Origin: a virus
Lineage: Duplodnaviria; Caudoviricetes
DNA: 56,511 nt
Virus record (IMG/VR): IMGVR_UViG_3300045284_000397
Coordinates: 1-56,511 of that record
Reading direction: 5' to 3' (one strand)
Shown here: piece after piece, positions 55,475 to 56,511 of the stretch
Numbering within the stretch: the first letter of the stretch is position 1
Layout of the letters: each line of letters begins with the position of its first letter
Notes under the pieces: generated by a model
Databases searched by the model: none
Told to the model about the DNA's origin: nothing
What the model saw: only the letters and a program-made list of their open reading frames with translations
Position numbers and translations under genes: made by a program

Positions 55475-55665
55475 AAGTCGAAATTATCCTCGATGCCGGA
55501 TCATCTCCCATCACTTACAGCATCGGTATCGCCAATCGTGAAGAAGGCGATCTCATAATTAACAGACTGGAAAGTGCGGAAGGGAAAACAATACGTATAG
55601 CGGGTGATAAAGGCGACATGTTGATCAATACCTCACGCCTTATTACGGCGACGGTGAGATTATGA
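55471..55665 (+). CDS. Hypothetical protein
   Basis: ATGA coupling at both ends. Confidence 0.55.
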   Translation: MKVEIILDAGSSPITYSIGIANREEGDLIINRLESAEGKTIRIAGDKGDMLINTSRLITATVRL

Positions 55666-56435
55666 CCGACATCTTCTTTGCAGAGCCGCGTCATCACTAC
55701 CAAAGTTATGAAGACCTGCGTGCTTTAATTCGTCTTTCGGAGTTTGAAACCTGCTTCATTGACGAGATTGACCCCGATAGCGATAACGCCTATGTGATCA
55801 CCATCCTGAACGGCGAAGTTCCGACAGAGGGCTATCCCAACGCCCGCGCCAAGATAGTGCTTTGGGATTTGGAATACCACCTCGACGGCGTTCACGTCCC
55901 CGGCGTGAAAGTCTGGGCAGCCGACAAATGGTACAGTGAGCAGATCGGCGGGAAATACGTCCCGATGGGTTCGCATCCTGGCTTGTGCCCCGAAGTCACC
56001 CCGAAACAGGATTTGTATGATGTCGCCTTTATCGGGTATTTCGACGGCGTGCCCCGCCGCCAACTCATTCGCCATCAGTTGATGGAGCGCGGCGTGAAAG
56101 TGTCGCCGCCGGGCGCGTGGGGGGCGGAACGGCATACTCTGCTGCGGAACAGTGCGGCGTATCTGTGTGTGCATCAGCACGAACACATCCCAACGATTGC
56201 GCCGCTGCGCATGGTCGTCGCGGCGGCTTACGGATTGGCAGTTATCAGCGAAACGGTTGCCGATGCGGGGATATTCAATGGTCTCGTGCGAGAGTGCGGA
56301 TATGATGAGATTGCCAATGTCACGAAAAGCCTAACCGCTCACTTTGAGTATATGTCGATGAACTATGGCGAAGGGTTGCATCAGGCTCTCTGCCGCGACC
56401 TGACCTTTCGCAAAAGCGTGGAGTCGGCGCTGTGA
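55662..56435 (+). CDS. Putative GT-B-type glycosyltransferase
   Basis: 'YDVAFIG....RR', 'WG.ER..LL......L.VH' and 'R...AAA.G..VISE'. Confidence 0.65.
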   Translation: MTDIFFAEPRHHYQSYEDLRALIRLSEFETCFIDEIDPDSDNAYVITILNGEVPTEGYPNARAKIVLWDLEYHLDGVHVPGVKVWAADKWYSEQIGGKYVPMGSHPGLCPEVTPKQDLYDVAFIGYFDGVPRRQLIRHQLMERGVKVSPPGAWGAERHTLLRNSAAYLCVHQHEHIPTIAPLRMVVAAAYGLAVISETVADAGIFNGLVRECGYDEIANVTKSLTAHFEYMSMNYGEGLHQALCRDLTFRKSVESAL

Positions 56436-56511
56436 CGAAGGTGATCAGCTATACCGCCTTATTATATGGTTGCGATTATCTCGGCTACGCCATTCGCAGC
56501 GTGATCGACGC
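56385..56511. repeat. Terminal direct repeat, copy 2
   Basis: Identical to 1-127. Confidence 0.95.

Noticed and set aside
1-56511. tRNA genes, integrase, DNA polymerase, recoded stop codons, and a firm host assignment
   Set aside because: None was recognised by eye, and the standard code gives dense coding. Some proteins suggest a Chloroflexota-like host to me, but this cannot be supported without a search.

Overview
The window is a complete, circularly assembled tailed-phage genome of about 56,384 bp: bases 1-127 recur exactly at 56385-56511. The layout is siphovirus-like. On the circle the order is ParB-N/DNA MTase, terS, terL, portal fused to a MuF-like domain, protease/scaffold, major capsid protein, an HNH gene broken by a truncated IS1595-family element carrying Fic and GIY-YIG passengers, and a large glycosyltransferase/methyltransferase cluster that spans the window ends. 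Then come head-tail connectors, tail tube, a frameshifted chaperone, tape measure, tail tip and fibres, lysis genes, a minus-strand early region with divergent promoters, SSAP, a C5-MTase, a primase-helicase and an ori-like repeat. I found no integrase, DNA polymerase, tRNA, reverse transcriptase or CRISPR array. Main points of interest: (1) seven soluble GT domains plus a SAM methyltransferase inside the head/neck module, a candidate virion-glycosylation pathway; (2) a recurring leader architecture (-10 box, hairpin, usually an RBS-sequestering hairpin, then early codons complementary to the -10 region, with covariation) before the HNH genes and the primase; (3) duplicated lipoprotein-leader cassettes bracketing a second receptor-binding gene; (4) a dif-like site; (5) a two-state 9-bp repeat inside a DUF6745-like gene. 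All family assignments come from recognising motifs by eye, not from database searches. The host is unknown.
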